24,000 bases of DNA from Xylanimicrobium pachnodae JCM 13526 = NBRC 107786 (GTDB taxonomy: Bacteria; Actinomycetota; Actinomycetes; Actinomycetales; Cellulomonadaceae): contig BCWJ01000020.1 of assembly GCA_001592145.1 (NCBI GenBank), positions 52,096 to 76,095 on the forward strand. Direction: 5' to 3'. Numbering within the stretch: position 1 is the stretch's first letter; each line of letters opens with the position of its first letter. The position numbers and the translations under genes were made by a program. Positions 21,222 through 24,000 of the stretch are shown in pieces. Under the pieces are notes generated by a model. That model saw only the letters and a list, made by a program, of their open reading frames with translations, did not search any database and was not told the DNA's origin.

Positions 21222-24000
21222 TCAGAACACGAAGTCCTCGTAGTTGTCGTCCGGGTTACTGACCGGCGGGGCGGGCACCGGGGCGGCACGCGCGGCGTCA
21301 GTAGCCGGGGCGGGCCCGTCGGACGGTTCCTCGACGTCCCAGTCTGGTTCGCCGTAGCCGTCGTCCACGGGGGCGGGCGGCGGGGTGGCGTCGACCCCGA
21401 TCGTGTCCAGGAACGTGTCCAGGTCCGGTTCCGGTTCGACTGCTCGGGGAACCCCGCCCTCGATGCGTAGGTCGTCCAGGGCTTGCTCCGGGAACCCGGA
21501 CGGGTCATCGGAGGCGGTGGGGGCGTCGTCCAGGTCCAGGTCGGTCAGGTCCAGGCCCAGGTCGCCCAGGTCCAGGTCGCCCAGGTCCAGGTCGCCCAGG
21601 TCGAGCACCGTGTCGTCGGGAACGGGCTGTCCCTCCCCGCCGGATGTCTCAATGACGGTGCCCTCGGCCACCAACTCCTGCTCGGCGGCCTTCGCCCGCA
21701 CCTCTTCAACCATCGCAGGCAGGTCCAGGGCGTCCGCGCGAGGGCGCAGCCGCGCCGCCAACTCGGCGCCGAGCGTGTCCTGCATCGGGGCGACGAACCA
21801 GGACTGCACGGCGACCGCCCCGGCCTCGGACCGTTCGAAGATGGCGCGCCCCTTGGGGACCGCGTCCCCCAGTTCGGGGGCGTTGACGGCGTCCTTGAGC
21901 GCCACCTGCTTGTCCCCGAACGTGGCCTTCCCGACCAGCAGCCGCATCCCCAACGACGCCTTCATCGCCGACGCGTTCGGCAACGCCTTCATCATGTCGG
22001 CGGTCAGGCGCTGCGCACCGAGCAGGACGGAGAACCCGGCGGCGCGCGCCTTGGTCACCAGTTGGGTCACCGCGGACAGGATGTCCTGGCGGGCGATGAA
22101 GTCGGCCATCGCCTCGTTGAACACGGCCATCGACTCGGGGGTCTCGACCTGCGGTTTGCGCGGCTTGTCCGCGCCGATCAGACCGTTGAACTCGTCCAGG
22201 AACACGATCGCGTGCGGCGGGCGCAGGTCGGCGGGCAACTCGGTGTACTTCGACAGGCCGAGCCGCCCCATGAGCGACTGACGGCGCTCGTACTCGGCCA
22301 CGCACGCCTTGAGCATCACCGCGACCTGCTCGACGGTGGTGGCGAACCCCTTGACGAACGGGCGGGCGAACACGAAGTCGGCGGCCTGCTTCTGCGCGTC
22401 CCCGACATACACCTCACACCCCTTGACGATCGCCCCGTACAGGATGCCTTCGAGTGAAACCGAGTTGTGGGTGGGGATGAACCCCTCGACCAGGAACAGG
22501 TGCTCGGGGTGGTCCACCTTGATGCATCGCATCTCGACCGGTTCCCCGATGGTGATGTCGGTGATGTAGTTCCACTGCTGCGTCTCGCGCAGGGTGCCGG
22601 ACGGTGCCACCCGGGCGGCCTTGCGCGGCAGGCGGAAGACGGGCAGGTCGGTGGTGAACGTGAACCGGTGCTTGCCGGAGCACGGCACCCGGTTTCCGTT
22701 CGCGTCCAGGTAGTGGCTGGGCTCGTCGGACACCTCGGACGCCTTGATCCCCAGCGAGCGGACCAGTTCGAGCACCTGCACCGCCAGGTCGCGGTGCACC
22801 CCGCCCTGCGTGAACTCGGAGTGCCCCTGGCGGGTGTCGATGGTCCCGTCGGTGTCCATCAGGCCCTGCAGCAGGGCGAGTCGCTGCTCCGTGCTGGCGC
22901 GCAGGTAGACGGCGGGGATGTGCTTGTTGCGCAGGACCCCGGCGGCGCGCAACTGGCGGGTCAGGCCGGGTACCGCGATGACGTAGCCACAAGAGTCGAT
23001 GCGGTGGGGGTCGTATCCGCACGCCCGCAAGTTGGCCATCATGTCGGTCATGTCGTCGGTGCCGGGGTTGGCGGCGATCTGCCCGCCGTTCGTGGCACCG
23101 TCGCCGAGCCAGACGCCGAGGACGTACGGGTCGATCGGGAGGTCCGCGTCGGGGCCCTCGATCGGCGCGGTGACCCGGACCGCCCAGTTGGCGTGCGAAC
23201 CACCGCGGGCACGCAACGTCTCGAACATCTCCCGGGTCGTCACAACCCGTTCCGCCGCGCGACGCGTGTTGTGGTCGGCACCGGCCTGGGCCTCCAGCCG
23301 TTCGGCGAGCAGCACCAGCACCTCATCGACAGGGTACACGGTCATGGTGCACACGCTCGGGACCCGCTTGCGTTCGATGCCGTACTTCGTGGCCCGGTTG
23401 TTCAACCGGCCCGCGACCACATCCGGGGGCAGCGCGGTGATACCGAGCACCTCGGCAACCTCAGCACCCGCCAGCCACCGCCCGCGCAACACCTCGACCT
23501 GCGCGGCGGTCACGTCCACCCCCGCGAACCAGTTCCGTCGCCGTGACATGGCCAGCGACGCGATGAAGTCGTCCATGTTGTACGCCCACCGCTCGCCCTG
23601 CGGCACGCTCGCCCGCGTGCCCAGGTGCTTGATCGGCAGGTGGTACGCGTGCAGCGCCGTCTCGTGGTACCCCGCCAGGCGGGCGATCACCATCAGGGGG
23701 GCGCCGTGCCCGAAGTGCTGCGCGGCAACCTGGCGCAACCCCGCCGCCTTCTTCATCAGCATCTGCGCCTTCGGGGTCTTGACGCCGCGCCGGGATACGC
23801 GAGCGCGCCCGTCATAGTCGGACGCCTTCCACAGGTGCCCGGCGTCGGCGACGACCTGCTGCCCGTCGCTGAACGTGACCGTGTACCCCGGCGCGGTGAA
23901 CACCTCGGAGAACCCGCGCACCGTGGTCACGGAGCCGTCCGCCGCGTACACCGTGTCGCCTACCGCCAGGTCCCGGTTGCGGGCCCACCCGGTTGGGAAC
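21222..24000 (-). CDS. FtsK/SpoIIIE-family ATPase (TraB/EccC-like), intein-containing, 5' end outside window
   Basis: The frame stays open to the window edge (..FPTGWARNRDLAVGDTVYAADG). After the intein the extein resumes S-VSLEGILYGAIVKG, consistent with a split GKS P-loop. It then shows Walker B-like HAIVFLDEFNGL and ARAAGFSVLLGAQR, typical of FtsK/SpoIIIE, followed by a long acidic C-terminal tail. Confidence 0.85.
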   Translation of the reverse strand, partial: FPTGWARNRDLAVGDTVYAADGSVTTVRGFSEVFTAPGYTVTFSDGQQVVADAGHLWKASDYDGRARVSRRGVKTPKAQMLMKKAAGLRQVAAQHFGHGAPLMVIARLAGYHETALHAYHLPIKHLGTRASVPQGERWAYNMDDFIASLAMSRRRNWFAGVDVTAAQVEVLRGRWLAGAEVAEVLGITALPPDVVAGRLNNRATKYGIERKRVPSVCTMTVYPVDEVLVLLAERLEAQAGADHNTRRAAERVVTTREMFETLRARGGSHANWAVRVTAPIEGPDADLPIDPYVLGVWLGDGATNGGQIAANPGTDDMTDMMANLRACGYDPHRIDSCGYVIAVPGLTRQLRAAGVLRNKHIPAVYLRASTEQRLALLQGLMDTDGTIDTRQGHSEFTQGGVHRDLAVQVLELVRSLGIKASEVSDEPSHYLDANGNRVPCSGKHRFTFTTDLPVFRLPRKAARVAPSGTLRETQQWNYITDITIGEPVEMRCIKVDHPEHLFLVEGFIPTHNSVSLEGILYGAIVKGCEVYVGDAQKQAADFVFARPFVKGFATTVEQVAVMLKACVAEYERRQSLMGRLGLSKYTELPADLRPPHAIVFLDEFNGLIGADKPRKPQVETPESMAVFNEAMADFIARQDILSAVTQLVTKARAAGFSVLLGAQRLTADMMKALPNASAMKASLGMRLLVGKATFGDKQVALKDAVNAPELGDAVPKGRAIFERSEAGAVAVQSWFVAPMQDTLGAELAARLRPRADALDLPAMVEEVRAKAAEQELVAEGTVIETSGGEGQPVPDDTVLDLGDLDLGDLDLGDLGLDLTDLDLDDAPTASDDPSGFPEQALDDLRIEGGVPRAVEPEPDLDTFLDTIGVDATPPPAPVDDGYGEPDWDVEEPSDGPAPATDAARAAPVPAPPVSNPDDNYEDFVF
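21531..21605. repeat. tandem CAGGTC-based repeat (15-bp unit GTCGCCCAGGTCCAG x3 plus degenerate copies)
   Basis: Read directly from the sequence. It encodes LDLGDLDLGDLDLGDLGLDLTDLDLDD in the tail of the FtsK-like protein. Confidence 0.75.
22464..24000 (-). mobile_element. intein with LAGLIDADG homing-endonuclease domain (N-terminus outside window)
   Basis: Hint-like N-terminal segment (LAVGDTVYAADGSVTTVRGFSEVF). Two LAGLIDADG motifs (LGVWLGDGATNGG and LLQGLMDTDGTI). C-terminal splice junction FLVEGFIPTHN|S, with Asn codon at 22464-22466 and +1 Ser at 22461-22463. Confidence 0.8.

Noticed and set aside
1-24000. tRNA, rRNA, tmRNA genes or integrase/att sites
   Set aside because: I could not recognise any cloverleaf-like or rRNA-like segment, tyrosine or serine recombinase ORF, or obvious long direct repeats at the window scale. 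A tRNAscan or Infernal run would be needed to exclude small RNAs.

Overview
GC-rich, actinomycete-like DNA (third codon positions mostly G/C). The gene content looks like a plasmid, conjugative element or prophage rather than core chromosome. Bases 1-1724 (+ strand) hold two paralogous small ORFs flanking a helicase-associated (HA) domain repeat protein, then a weak small ORF. Bases 1721-24000 form one long minus-strand block. In transcription order it contains: (1) an FtsK/SpoIIIE-type ATPase, partial at the window edge, with a LAGLIDADG intein in its P-loop; (2) a DEDDh 3'-5' exonuclease; (3) 12 consecutive genes (here A-L) that all start with the same ~30-aa N-terminal module, consensus M-[TA]-T-I-D-x-x-G-[AN]-L-H-D-x-x-G-[QR]-[YF]-x7-[AP]-G-[YF]-D-L; (4) a GyrB-like/GyrA-like type IIA topoisomerase pair. 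The 12 module genes have unrelated C-terminal bodies: an SprT-like zincin, a ParB-like domain, zinc ribbons and many unknowns. Eight exact, same-strand copies of CCGGACAAG sit in the short gaps of this array and split it into eight apparent transcription units. An IscB (OMEGA, RRXRR-HNH-RuvC) gene with a likely upstream omega RNA lies between two array members, bracketed by two near-identical hairpins. Removing it in silico restores an in-frame stop in the normal intergenic context. I do not recognise the shared N-terminal module or the DNA motif as named families, and this array is my main candidate for an undescribed system. All function calls rest on motifs read by eye; no database search was possible.
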